From NCBI GenBank assembly GCA_937936785.1, contig CALDDQ010000002.1:61192-125191 (forward strand): a DNA stretch of 64,000 nucleotides. Reading direction: 5' to 3'. The position numbers were made by a program, and so were the translations under genes. The stretch is from an uncultured Endomicrobiia bacterium (GTDB lineage Bacteria > Elusimicrobiota > Endomicrobiia > DTEH01). The notes beneath the pieces were generated by a model. The model worked only from the letters and a program-made list of their open reading frames with translations, was not told where the DNA came from and did not search any database. Positions 20,431-29,299 of this stretch are shown here, piece after piece. Within the stretch, counting starts at the first letter, position 1, and every line of letters begins with the position of its first letter.

Positions 20431-21849
20431 ATGGTAAAAGATATTTATAATCTATTAAAAAATAAATATTTTAGAAATTTTTTTTTATCATTTACATTTT
20501 TTTTATTTAATTATATTTTTGCAGATCAGATAAATGTGTATTTTACAGATCCTACCAACAGTAATCCTGCTGTGAGTCAAATTTCATCTAACCAAAAACC
20601 GATAGATTTTGCGTTACGCGATTTTGTTTTATCGGCTAACAGTGGAACTACAATGTATGTTTGTATTTATGAAGTCAATAACACAACAATCACTACTGCA
20701 ATAGATGAAGTTGTTAACAGAGGGGTGAAAGTTTATTCCATATTTAATGTTGCTGTTAATACATCTGTTTTTAAGACAAACTTTTATTACAAACAATACG
20801 GTTCTTCTGGTTCTCAATATATGCACAACAAATTTGTAGTAATAAAAAGTTCCAAAGTGTGGACGGGGTCATACAACTTTACAGTTTCTGCAACAAAAGA
20901 ACAAGACAACTTTGCTTTAGAAATATTTTCAAAAGATTTGGCTGACATTTATGAGCAAGCTTTTAATTATATATGGGCCTATGGTAGTACAACAATTTCT
21001 ACGGAAGTTGCAAAATTTAATGGAAAAGAAATATTTGTAGATGGAATTTCTATAAAAACATACTTTAATCCATATTCACAAAATCCAGAACTTGCTTCAG
21101 TATTAGTGCAAAATTGGTATGATTCTTCAAACGAAATCTCAAAAGTGAGTAGTTTATACTTTTCTGTTGCATGGTTTACAGAAAGCAGTATTGTAAACAC
21201 AATTAAAACTTTAAAATCAAAAGGCGTATTGGTAAAAGGTATAATTGATGATGATAGTAAAAACTTTGATACTTACTATTCTTTATGGAATTCTTCTGTT
21301 CCAATATATTTTGATGCTAGAAGAACATCTTTTGGAAGTGGTCTTATGCATCACAAGTTTTGTGTTTCTGACCCATACAAAGTTTCAGGCAAAGTTATTG
21401 CCGGTTCTGCTAACTGGTCCGATAGTGCATTAAGAAGCGGTAGAGACAAAAATTACGAAAATATTTTAGTGATACAATCACAAAGTGTAGCAGAAAAATT
21501 TTATTTAGAATATTTAAGATTATATGAAAAAATTAGCGATATGTCATATAATAGTTTATCACAAGAGATAATATCAAAAATTAAATTATATCCTAATCCA
21601 GTAAAAACAAGTTTTAAAATAAGTTTTATTCCATCAATTGCTATAAAAAAAATTGATTTTTATATATACTCTATTTATGGTAGAAAAATTTTTGAACAAA
21701 AGAATGTAAGTTTTTATCCTGAAATTGAAAATATTGTTTTGATACAATTACCCTTGGATATAAACGATGGTATATATTATTTTGTTATAGAAGCAAGTGT
21801 ATTCCAAGATAGAAAAAAATATTATCAAAAATTTGTTGTAGAAAAATGA
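20431..21849 (+). CDS. Secreted phospholipase D (HKD)-superfamily protein with T9SS type-A C-terminal sorting domain
   Basis: Signal peptide. Two HKD-like motifs: 'MHNKFVVIKSS...GSYNFT' (degenerate) and 'MHHKFCVSD...IAGSANWS'. C-terminal 'LYPNPVKTSF...IYSIYGRKI...GIYYFVIEA...KFVVEK' matches a T9SS C-terminal domain. Confidence 0.65.
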   Translation: MVKDIYNLLKNKYFRNFFLSFTFFLFNYIFADQINVYFTDPTNSNPAVSQISSNQKPIDFALRDFVLSANSGTTMYVCIYEVNNTTITTAIDEVVNRGVKVYSIFNVAVNTSVFKTNFYYKQYGSSGSQYMHNKFVVIKSSKVWTGSYNFTVSATKEQDNFALEIFSKDLADIYEQAFNYIWAYGSTTISTEVAKFNGKEIFVDGISIKTYFNPYSQNPELASVLVQNWYDSSNEISKVSSLYFSVAWFTESSIVNTIKTLKSKGVLVKGIIDDDSKNFDTYYSLWNSSVPIYFDARRTSFGSGLMHHKFCVSDPYKVSGKVIAGSANWSDSALRSGRDKNYENILVIQSQSVAEKFYLEYLRLYEKISDMSYNSLSQEIISKIKLYPNPVKTSFKISFIPSIAIKKIDFYIYSIYGRKIFEQKNVSFYPEIENIVLIQLPLDINDGIYYFVIEASVFQDRKKYYQKFVVEK

Positions 21850-22742
21850 AAAAAAAAATAACACACAAAATATTTTTTTTATTTATGGTAAACACTTTTT
21901 TTTGGTTAAACTTGAACGCAGATATTAACGAAATATTTTTATTGCCAAGTTCTATTGAAGAAAGTGGTTTAATGACATCATTATATTCTATAAGTCAAGA
22001 TATTAATTCTATTTTTTACAATCCAGCAGGGATTGCTATTAATAACATAAAACGTTTTGGGTTAAATTATTCAATTTTATTTGACAATATAAAATCTGGT
22101 AGTGTTATTTTAAACTTTCCAACAAAAAAAAATAATTATTCTTTTGGTATTAAATATAATGATTTAGGAGATATAACTTTTTATAATGATTATGGAGAAA
22201 AACTTGGTGTTAAAAATTTATATGCATACAGAATAAATATTGGTTTTGGTAATGAACTGTTTATTTCAGGGTTATATTTAGGAATAAGTTTAGGCGTACA
22301 AAATATAGTTTTAAACAAAGAATATTTTCTTACCACATTAAATATTGGCGGAATATATATAATTCCAATACAAGAAACAGAGGTGCATATCGGTAGTAAT
22401 ATTGGTTCACAATACAATTTTGTTGAAAAAAAAGTTATATTAACACCATCTTTAGGGATGAAATATTTTTTACCGGAATACAAAAGTTTTGTTTCTTTAG
22501 CATATAAAATTATAGATAGGACAGATTTTTATAGTTTTGGTTTAGAATTAAGTTTTATTAAAAATATAAATTTGATTTTAGGTTATGAAATATCTACTCA
22601 AATAAAAGATTGGAATAATAATTTTGGAATAGCAACTAAAATAAATTTAACTAAAAGGCAAGATTTTAGTATTGGGTTTGGATATAGAACGTTAAACAAT
22701 TTGGGAAATATTTTATCAACAAGTATAGAATTTAGATTATGA
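21846..22742 (+). CDS. Outer-membrane beta-barrel protein, PorP/SprF/PorQ-like (putative T9SS-associated)
   Basis: Signal peptide; 'IFYNPAGIAIN' matches the SprF/PorP NPAG motif; C-terminal '...SIEFRL'. Overlaps its neighbours by 4 nt on each side (operon). Confidence 0.45.
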   Translation: MKKKITHKIFFLFMVNTFFWLNLNADINEIFLLPSSIEESGLMTSLYSISQDINSIFYNPAGIAINNIKRFGLNYSILFDNIKSGSVILNFPTKKNNYSFGIKYNDLGDITFYNDYGEKLGVKNLYAYRINIGFGNELFISGLYLGISLGVQNIVLNKEYFLTTLNIGGIYIIPIQETEVHIGSNIGSQYNFVEKKVILTPSLGMKYFLPEYKSFVSLAYKIIDRTDFYSFGLELSFIKNINLILGYEISTQIKDWNNNFGIATKINLTKRQDFSIGFGYRTLNNLGNILSTSIEFRL

Positions 22743-23644
22743 AAAAAATTTTTTTAATAATAACATTGTTCATAAACAATATTTTTGCATTGCAACGAGC
22801 AGAATATTTGTTAAAAGAAGAATATGTTCGTTCACAGAAAGATTTGGAAGTAATATTTTTGGATGTAGGACAAGGAGATTGTTCTTTTATAAAAACACCT
22901 TCAGGAAAAACGTTACTGGTGGATGGTGGTGGTTCGCCATATTGGTTAGGGGAAGATGTGTGGGATCCTGGAAAAAATGTTATAATCCCGTATTTAAAAT
23001 CAAGAAATATTCAAGAACTTGACTATATTATAATATCACATCCTCATGGTGACCATTTTGGTGGTATTTTTGCAGTTTTAGAAAATATTAAAGTAAAAAC
23101 TTTCATTGACAACGGTTATGTTGAAGGAGATCCTAATTATAAAGACTTATTATTATTAGTTAAAAGAAAAGTATTGGTTTATGAACAAGTTAAAGAAGGT
23201 GATGAAATAAAATTAGACAAAGATATTTTTATTAGAGTATATTTTCCGCCAAAAAGAGGATTTCCATTTGAAGGTGGTAATAATTCTTCAATAATATTTA
23301 GTTTAATTTATAAAAATTTTTCTGTATTATTTACAGGAGATGCAGAAATGGATTTAGAAAATTATCTTATAAGTAAACATAAAAATTCAATAAATTCTAA
23401 TGTGTTAAAAATTCCGCATCATGGTTCAAGAACATCGTCCACAGTAAGATTTATTAAAACAGTAAATCCTGATGTTGGAATATTTTCAACTGGTAGAAAA
23501 AATCGTTTTGGTCACCCACATAGAGAAGTGGTATCAAGATATAGTAAGTTAAATGTAGATATTTACAACACAGCTGAAGAAGGTAATATTGTTGTGTTGT
23601 CAGACGGAGAAAGATTTACGGTATATTCAAATGTTGGTGAATAA
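22739..23644 (+). CDS. Exported MBL-fold metallo-hydrolase, ComEC/Rec2 C-terminal-domain-like
   Basis: Signal peptide; 'IIISHPHGDHFGG' HxHxDH motif; 'IPHHGS'. Confidence 0.7.
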   Translation: MKKIFLIITLFINNIFALQRAEYLLKEEYVRSQKDLEVIFLDVGQGDCSFIKTPSGKTLLVDGGGSPYWLGEDVWDPGKNVIIPYLKSRNIQELDYIIISHPHGDHFGGIFAVLENIKVKTFIDNGYVEGDPNYKDLLLLVKRKVLVYEQVKEGDEIKLDKDIFIRVYFPPKRGFPFEGGNNSSIIFSLIYKNFSVLFTGDAEMDLENYLISKHKNSINSNVLKIPHHGSRTSSTVRFIKTVNPDVGIFSTGRKNRFGHPHREVVSRYSKLNVDIYNTAEEGNIVVLSDGERFTVYSNVGE

Positions 23645-23721
23645 TTTTTGGTTATAAAAAATGTATTTTTTTATAATTATTGACAATTTATAAAAAATAA
23701 TTTATTAAAGACAACATTCTT

Positions 23722-23794
23722 GGGCCCGTAGCTCAGCTGGTAGAGCACCAGCCTTTTAAGCTGGCTGCCGAGAGTTCGAATCTCTCCGGGCTCA
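23722..23794 (+). tRNA. tRNA-Lys (anticodon UUU)
   Basis: Cloverleaf folded by hand: acceptor GGGCCCG/CGGGCUC (one G-U pair), D-arm GCUC/GAGC, anticodon stem CCAGC/GCUGG with loop CUUUUAA (anticodon at 23755-23757), T-arm GAGAG-UUCGAAU-CUCUC, discriminator A. CCA is not encoded. Confidence 0.9.
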
Positions 23795-24085
23795 GTTTTT
23801 ACTATCCGTTAAGTAGTGTGAAAATTTTTAAGTATTATCTTTTATAATCTATTTAAATTGATAGATTTGTATTTTAATAATTTTATAATACTTGCAAATA
23901 AAAAAACAAAAATATTTTTATCTATGAGATTGTTATAAATGGAAATTAATCTGTGGGTTTTTAATAAATTATTAAAAAAATCTAAAAAATAGTTTATATC
24001 ATAAATTTTTTATCAGTATTTTTTCTGGTCCATACTATACTTATTTTTTTAGTTATAAAAAATTCATTTATCTAATAGTCTTCAA

Positions 24086-24114
24086 AATATTATTGTTGAC
24101 TTTCTGTGTTAAAA
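24086..24114 (+). promoter_or_regulatory. Candidate sigma-70-type promoter for the BMC operon (TTGACT-N17-TATATT)
   Basis: TTGACT at 24086-24091, a 17-nt spacer, TATATT at 24109-24114, about 90 nt upstream of the first BMC gene. Found by eye only; Bacteroidota-type promoter rules may apply instead. Confidence 0.3.
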
Positions 24115-24200
24115 ATGATATATTTACAAGATAAAACGGTTTAAATTAAACAAAATATTTTTATTATAATTAGTGTTAACATTTATTGGAGGTAAGAGAT

Positions 24201-24509
24201 ATGCTTTTTGCACGGGTAATTGGCAATGTTGTTTGTACAAGAAAAGATGATAAATTGAAAGGTTCAAAATTGTTATTGGTCCAACCTGTAGATTTAGAAA
24301 ATAATCCTAAAGGGAATCCTATTGTGGCAGTTGACGCAGTTGGTGCAGGAGAAGGTGAGATGGTTTTGATAGTACAAGGTTCTTCTGCTCGTCAGACAAA
24401 GTATACTGAAGGTACACCTGTAGATTGTACAATTTTTGCAATTGTAGATTCAGCAGAACGTGATGGAAAAAAAGTTTTTAACAAAACACAGGATTATGAT
24501 AAAAGATAA
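24201..24509 (+). CDS. BMC vertex protein (BMC-P; EutN/PduN/CcmL family)
   Basis: 'MLFARVIGNVVCTRK...LLLVQPVD...AVDAVGAGEGEMVLIVQGSSAR'. GGAGG RBS 8 nt upstream of ATG 24201 (the ORF-track start 24186 lies further upstream). Confidence 0.85.
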   Translation: MLFARVIGNVVCTRKDDKLKGSKLLLVQPVDLENNPKGNPIVAVDAVGAGEGEMVLIVQGSSARQTKYTEGTPVDCTIFAIVDSAERDGKKVFNKTQDYDKR

Positions 24510-24552
24510 GGTTTAGTCGTTAACTAAAATTCTATGAAAATTAAACAGGAGA

Positions 24553-26010
24553 ATGTTTATGGTACAAATTACCGAATCTGAACTAAAAAATTTAGTAGAA
24601 CTTGTTTTACAGAGATTAGAACAAAGAAATATAAATTTTGATAATAGTCATACAATTGAGACAGGTATAAATTATTCTAAGTATCATTTATGTTTAACTG
24701 TAGAAGAAGCAGTTACAAGAGCAAAATACGCACAAAAAATATTTCAAAGTTTAGGTCTTGAGAAAAGAAAAGAAATTATAGATAACATCAGAAGAAAAAG
24801 TTTAGAAAATGCACAATATTTAGCACAAATTACTGAAGAAGAAACCAAAATGGGCCGTTGGGAAAATAAGGTAAAAAAAAATGTTTTAGCAGCAATAAAA
24901 ACGCCCGGTGTGGAAGATATTCAGCCTGTAACAGCATACACAGGAGATCATGGTTTGACTTTGGTTGAATATGCACCTTATGGAGTAATTGCTGCTGTTA
25001 CACCATCAACAAATCCAACTTCGACAATAATTAACAATTCAATTTCAATTTTATCAGCAGGAAATTCTGTAATTTTTGCTCCACACCCATCAGCAAAAAA
25101 ATGTTCTCAAGAAACTATAAGAATAATTTATGATGCAATAGTAGAATGTTCTGGTCCGAAAGATTTGATATTAACTATAGATCCGCCTTCTGTAGAAGCA
25201 ACGCAGTCATTATTAAAACATCCTGATATAAAATTGGTAGTTGTTACTGGAGGTCCAGCGATAGTGAAAGTAGCGATGCAGAGTGGTAAAAAAACGATAG
25301 CTGCGGGACCTGGAAATCCGCCTGTAGTAGTAGATGAAACAGCTGTGTTTCCAAAATGTGTAAATGACATAATAGATGGTTCGAGTTTTGATAACGGGAT
25401 TTTGTGTACTGCAGAAAAAGAAGTTATTTTAGTTGAAAGCGTAAAAGAAAAGTTTATATCATACATGCGCAGGGAGACTCGTGCTTACGAACTAACAAAA
25501 GAACAGATGGACCATTTAGCAAAACTTGCAATAAAAGAACCTGCAGGACCACACTGTAAAGAAGGTGTTATAAATCGTGATTTTGTAGGTAAAGATGCAA
25601 ATGTTATTGCTAAAAGTATTGGTTTAAATTTATCTGAAGATATAGTTTTATTATGGGGAGTTGTGCCTAATGATCATCCATATATATGGACAGAACAACT
25701 TATGCCAGTTTTACCCGTTACGGTAGTAAAAGACATTGATGAAGCAATAGATCTTGCAGTTAAGGTTGAAGGAGACAATCATCATACTTTTATAATACAT
25801 TCGTTAAATGTTGACACATTGACAAAAATGGCAAAAGCATGTCAAGGATCAATTTTGGTAAAAAACGGTCCTTCATTTATGGGGTTAGGTTTTGGTGAAG
25901 GATATGCTACCTTAACAATAGCGACACCTACAGGCGATGGTCTTACAAAAGCAAAAAATTTTACAAGACCATTAAGATGTGTTTTGGTAGATTATTTAAG
26001 GATAGTATAA
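24553..26010 (+). CDS. CoA-acylating aldehyde dehydrogenase (PduP/EutE-like), BMC-encapsulated type
   Basis: 485 aa ALDH fold; 'GILCTAEKE' catalytic-Cys region. N-terminal amphipathic 'SELKNLVELVLQRLEQ' resembles an encapsulation peptide. Confidence 0.85.
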   Translation: MFMVQITESELKNLVELVLQRLEQRNINFDNSHTIETGINYSKYHLCLTVEEAVTRAKYAQKIFQSLGLEKRKEIIDNIRRKSLENAQYLAQITEEETKMGRWENKVKKNVLAAIKTPGVEDIQPVTAYTGDHGLTLVEYAPYGVIAAVTPSTNPTSTIINNSISILSAGNSVIFAPHPSAKKCSQETIRIIYDAIVECSGPKDLILTIDPPSVEATQSLLKHPDIKLVVVTGGPAIVKVAMQSGKKTIAAGPGNPPVVVDETAVFPKCVNDIIDGSSFDNGILCTAEKEVILVESVKEKFISYMRRETRAYELTKEQMDHLAKLAIKEPAGPHCKEGVINRDFVGKDANVIAKSIGLNLSEDIVLLWGVVPNDHPYIWTEQLMPVLPVTVVKDIDEAIDLAVKVEGDNHHTFIIHSLNVDTLTKMAKACQGSILVKNGPSFMGLGFGEGYATLTIATPTGDGLTKAKNFTRPLRCVLVDYLRIV

Positions 26011-26032
26011 TTTATTTAATAAAAAAAAGTTT

Positions 26033-27358
26033 ATGGATGAGATAATTTATAGAATAAAAAGTGCTGGTATAGTAGGTGCAGGTGGTGCTGGGTTTCCAAC
26101 ATATTTTAAGTTAGAATCTGCAAAAGGTAAAGTTGATACTTATATAATCAATGCAGCCGAGTGTGAACCGTTATTAAAAGTTGACCAACAAATTTTAAAA
26201 GTTTATACAGAAGAAATTTTATCTGCAGCAAAGAAAGTTGGTGATTATCTCGGAGTGAAGAAGATTGTTATAGGAATAAAAGAAAAGTACAAAGATGCTA
26301 TAGAAGTTTTAGAAAAAAGTATCAAACAATATAATAATATAGAACTATATTTGTTAGAAAATTTTTATCCTGCAGGGGATGAGTTTACCTTAATAAACGA
26401 AGTTACAGGCAGGATTATTCCGGAGGGCGGGTTACCAGTAAATGTTGGTTGTGTGGTAAATAATGTTGTTACATTACTAAACATTTATAACGCAATTGAA
26501 AAAAATATTTCTGTTATTACGAGACCTGTGAGTATTGTAGGTGAAGTAAAAGATCCAAAAACTTTAATAGTTCCGGTTGGGACAATTATTAAGGATTTAA
26601 TAAAATTATGCGGTGGGACAACAGTGGAACATTTTGCGATTATTGATGGTGGTCCGATGATGGGAAAAGTTGTCTGTGAAGATGATGTTGTTACAAAACG
26701 TACTTCAGGTATACTTGTGTTACCTTTAGAACATCCTGTTGTTATTATGAAAACAGTATCTGAACATCAGTATTTGTATCAGATAAAATCTGCTTGTGAA
26801 CAATGCCAGGATTGTACCGAAATTTGTCCGAGGTATTTGTTGGGTCATGAATTTGAATGTCACAAGATTCAAAGATCTGTGTCATATCAAATAGACGAAT
26901 TTTTAACACAAGCGTTTTTATGTTGTGAATGTGGACTTTGTGATTGGGTTTGTCCTATGTATCTATTACCAAGAAAAACAAACCAGTTAGTGAAACAAAT
27001 TTTAATAAAAAAAGGAATAAAAAATTCGCATAACAAAAAACCTGATAATGTTCGTGCAACAAAAGAATATAGAAAAGTGCCTGTAGAACGTTTAATTTCA
27101 AGATTTAATTTAACAGAATATTTATCAAAAGAAGCACCTTTAGAATTAGATGTTAAAGAATTTTCTGTTGTTAAAATACCTTTGGTACAACACATTGGCG
27201 CAAAACCTGTTTCTGTGGTAAAAGTTGGAGATGAAGTAAAAAAGAATGATTTGATATCTGTCATAGATGATTACAAATTAGGGACAAATCATCATGCATC
27301 AATAGATGGTAAAATAATTTTAGTTAATGACGAACATATTGTAATAAGCAAAAATTAG
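26033..27358 (+). CDS. pduS: PduS-like / RnfC-like Fe-S flavoprotein (BMC-associated)
   Basis: 'SAGIVGAGGAGFPTYFKL...INAAECEPLL' RnfC/PduS N-terminal motif. Two 4Fe-4S motifs: 'CEQCQDCTEICP' and 'CCECGLCDWVCP'. Confidence 0.8.
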   Translation: MDEIIYRIKSAGIVGAGGAGFPTYFKLESAKGKVDTYIINAAECEPLLKVDQQILKVYTEEILSAAKKVGDYLGVKKIVIGIKEKYKDAIEVLEKSIKQYNNIELYLLENFYPAGDEFTLINEVTGRIIPEGGLPVNVGCVVNNVVTLLNIYNAIEKNISVITRPVSIVGEVKDPKTLIVPVGTIIKDLIKLCGGTTVEHFAIIDGGPMMGKVVCEDDVVTKRTSGILVLPLEHPVVIMKTVSEHQYLYQIKSACEQCQDCTEICPRYLLGHEFECHKIQRSVSYQIDEFLTQAFLCCECGLCDWVCPMYLLPRKTNQLVKQILIKKGIKNSHNKKPDNVRATKEYRKVPVERLISRFNLTEYLSKEAPLELDVKEFSVVKIPLVQHIGAKPVSVVKVGDEVKKNDLISVIDDYKLGTNHHASIDGKIILVNDEHIVISKN

Positions 27359-27372
27359 TGGAGGCATAATTT

Positions 27373-27927
27373 ATGCAATCATCATTAGTATTATTAGAAT
27401 TAAATTCAATTGCTCGTGGGCTAGAAACTGCAGATGCAATGTGCAAAGTTGCCACAGTAAATTTGATTGATGCATATGCAATTTGTCCTGGGAAATATAT
27501 CATAATAATAAACGGTTTATTAGCAGATGTGCAGTCATCTTTAAACAAAGGTATAGAAGTTGCGCAGCAACATTTAATTGATAAGTTGTTAATACCTAAC
27601 ATTAGTCCAAAAATTATTCCTGCAATATTAGGAACGTCAAAGATAAGACAAAATATAATTTCGTTAGGTTCTATAGAAACATTTTCAGCAGCAAGTTGTA
27701 TTGTTGCATCAGATTTAGCATCGAAAAAAGCAGATGTTGATTTGATAGAAATACGATTAGCAAAAGGTTTAGGTGGAAAATCGTATGTAACATTATGTTC
27801 TGATGATGTAGGTGCAGTAAAAAGTGCAATTAACGAAGCTGTAATTTATACCAAAAAAAATGGTTCACTGGTACAAAAAACAGTTATTCCACAGATACAT
27901 CCTGATATGTTAAAAACAATTTTATAG
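27373..27927 (+). CDS. pduT: Tandem-BMC-domain shell protein (BMC-T), PduT-like with Fe-S-ligand cysteine
   Basis: 184 aa, the same length as PduT. Two BMC domains ('LVLLELNSIARGLETADAMCKVATV' and 'SLGSIETFSAASCIVASDLASKKADV'). 'AICPGK' corresponds to the PduT [4Fe-4S]-ligating Cys. Confidence 0.8.
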   Translation: MQSSLVLLELNSIARGLETADAMCKVATVNLIDAYAICPGKYIIIINGLLADVQSSLNKGIEVAQQHLIDKLLIPNISPKIIPAILGTSKIRQNIISLGSIETFSAASCIVASDLASKKADVDLIEIRLAKGLGGKSYVTLCSDDVGAVKSAINEAVIYTKKNGSLVQKTVIPQIHPDMLKTIL

Positions 27928-27948
27928 GGATTATGATGTGAGGGAAGT

Positions 27949-28401
27949 ATGAATATAGTAATAGGTTCAGACCATGGAGGGTTTAAATTAAAAGAAATAT
28001 TAAAAAAGTTTTTGCAATTACAAAATCATACTGTGGCAGATTTTGGTTGTTATTCGGAGGAACCTGTTGATTGGACAGACATTGCATTATTAGTAGCAGA
28101 ATCGGTAAAGGACAGATATTATGATTTTGGTATTTTGATTGACGGGTTTGGTGGAGCTGTATGTCTTGCAGCAAACAAGGTTAAAGGAGTTCGTGCAGTT
28201 TGTGCATATAACGAATTTTCAGCTAGATTAGCAAAAGAACATGACGATGCAAACATACTATGTCTTGGTGGCAAGACAGTTGGTGATTTGGAAAATATTG
28301 AAATCGTGAAATCCTTTTTGTCAGCACTGCCTGCGAAAGATGAAAAATATTTACGTAGGTTAAAAAAGTTGGATGATATTGAAAAAAAATATTTTAAATA
28401 A
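27949..28401 (+). CDS. Ribose-5-phosphate isomerase B / LacAB-family sugar-phosphate isomerase, paralogue 1 (divergent)
   Basis: 'IVIGSDHGGFKLK'; 'GILIDGFGGAVCLAANKVKGVRAV' (Asp where RpiB normally has the catalytic Cys). Confidence 0.75.
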   Translation: MNIVIGSDHGGFKLKEILKKFLQLQNHTVADFGCYSEEPVDWTDIALLVAESVKDRYYDFGILIDGFGGAVCLAANKVKGVRAVCAYNEFSARLAKEHDDANILCLGGKTVGDLENIEIVKSFLSALPAKDEKYLRRLKKLDDIEKKYFK

Positions 28402-28407
28402 AAAATT

Positions 28408-28875
28408 ATGAACTTAGCAATAGCTTCAGATCATACAGGGTTTGAGATAAAAAAAAATCTTGTTAAAAAACTTAATAATGAAGGGTATAATGTAATAGAT
28501 TTTGGTTGTTATAGTGATGAAAGTTGTGATTATCCTGATTATGCAATAAAAGTATCAAAAGCTGTTCAAAGAAAAGATGCAAAATTTGGGATATTAATTT
28601 GTGGTAGTGGTATAGGGATGAGCATTGTTGCAAACAAATTTAAAGGTATTCGTGCAGGATTGTGTTTTTCGGAAGAAACAGCCAAACTTATTGCAGAACA
28701 CAATTTCGCAAACATAATATGTTTACCTGCAAGAATAAAAGTTTGTGGTGAGAATATATCCGAGGATAAACTTTATTTATGGATAAAGATCTGGTTAACA
28801 ACTTCAAATTCAACTGAAGATAGGCATATTAACAGAATAAAAAAAATTGAGTTGTTAGAGAAAGAGATTTTGTAA
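28408..28875 (+). CDS. rpiB: Ribose-5-phosphate isomerase B (RpiB/LacAB family), paralogue 2 (canonical)
   Basis: 'LAIASDHTGFEIK'; 'GILICGSGIGMSIVANKFKGIRA' with the conserved Cys. Confidence 0.8.
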   Translation: MNLAIASDHTGFEIKKNLVKKLNNEGYNVIDFGCYSDESCDYPDYAIKVSKAVQRKDAKFGILICGSGIGMSIVANKFKGIRAGLCFSEETAKLIAEHNFANIICLPARIKVCGENISEDKLYLWIKIWLTTSNSTEDRHINRIKKIELLEKEIL

Positions 28876-28900
28876 AAAGTTTTTTAAAGAGGCTAATGTT

Positions 28901-29299
28901 ATGATAAAAAAAATGTATTTATTAACAATGATACTTTTTCAAACAATTGTCTATGGACAAGAAAATTTAGATGATATTATAAAATTGTTAAACTCAGGAC
29001 AAAATGACAATGCAATAAACATGTTAAAATCTTTGGGTTCTGATAATGAAATATTGTTTGCGATAGCATATCTTGAGAAAAAAGATTTTTCTAATGCTAA
29101 AAGTTATGCTTTAAAAAGTTTTTCAAAAAATTCTAGTATTGTGGTTGCAAGTTATATTTTAGCACAGATATATGAAGAGCAGAAAGATTATTTAACTGCA
29201 ATAAAATATTGGGACAACGTATATCGTAATGCAAAAGATAAGACAGTGAAAATGTTAGCAAAAAAACAGTGTGAAGTTTTAAAAGTTTTAACAAAATGA
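28901..29299 (+). CDS. Small exported TPR-like protein
   Basis: Signal peptide 'MIKKMYLLTMILFQTIVYGQ'; helical repeat-like composition. No family recognised. Confidence 0.35.
   Translation: MIKKMYLLTMILFQTIVYGQENLDDIIKLLNSGQNDNAINMLKSLGSDNEILFAIAYLEKKDFSNAKSYALKSFSKNSSIVVASYILAQIYEEQKDYLTAIKYWDNVYRNAKDKTVKMLAKKQCEVLKVLTK

Noticed and set aside
21245-21433. 62-aa + strand ORF inside the PLD-like gene (alternative frame); similarly 48326..48520 inside ftsW
   Set aside because: Alternative-frame ORFs within genes that have clear domain signatures in the main frame.
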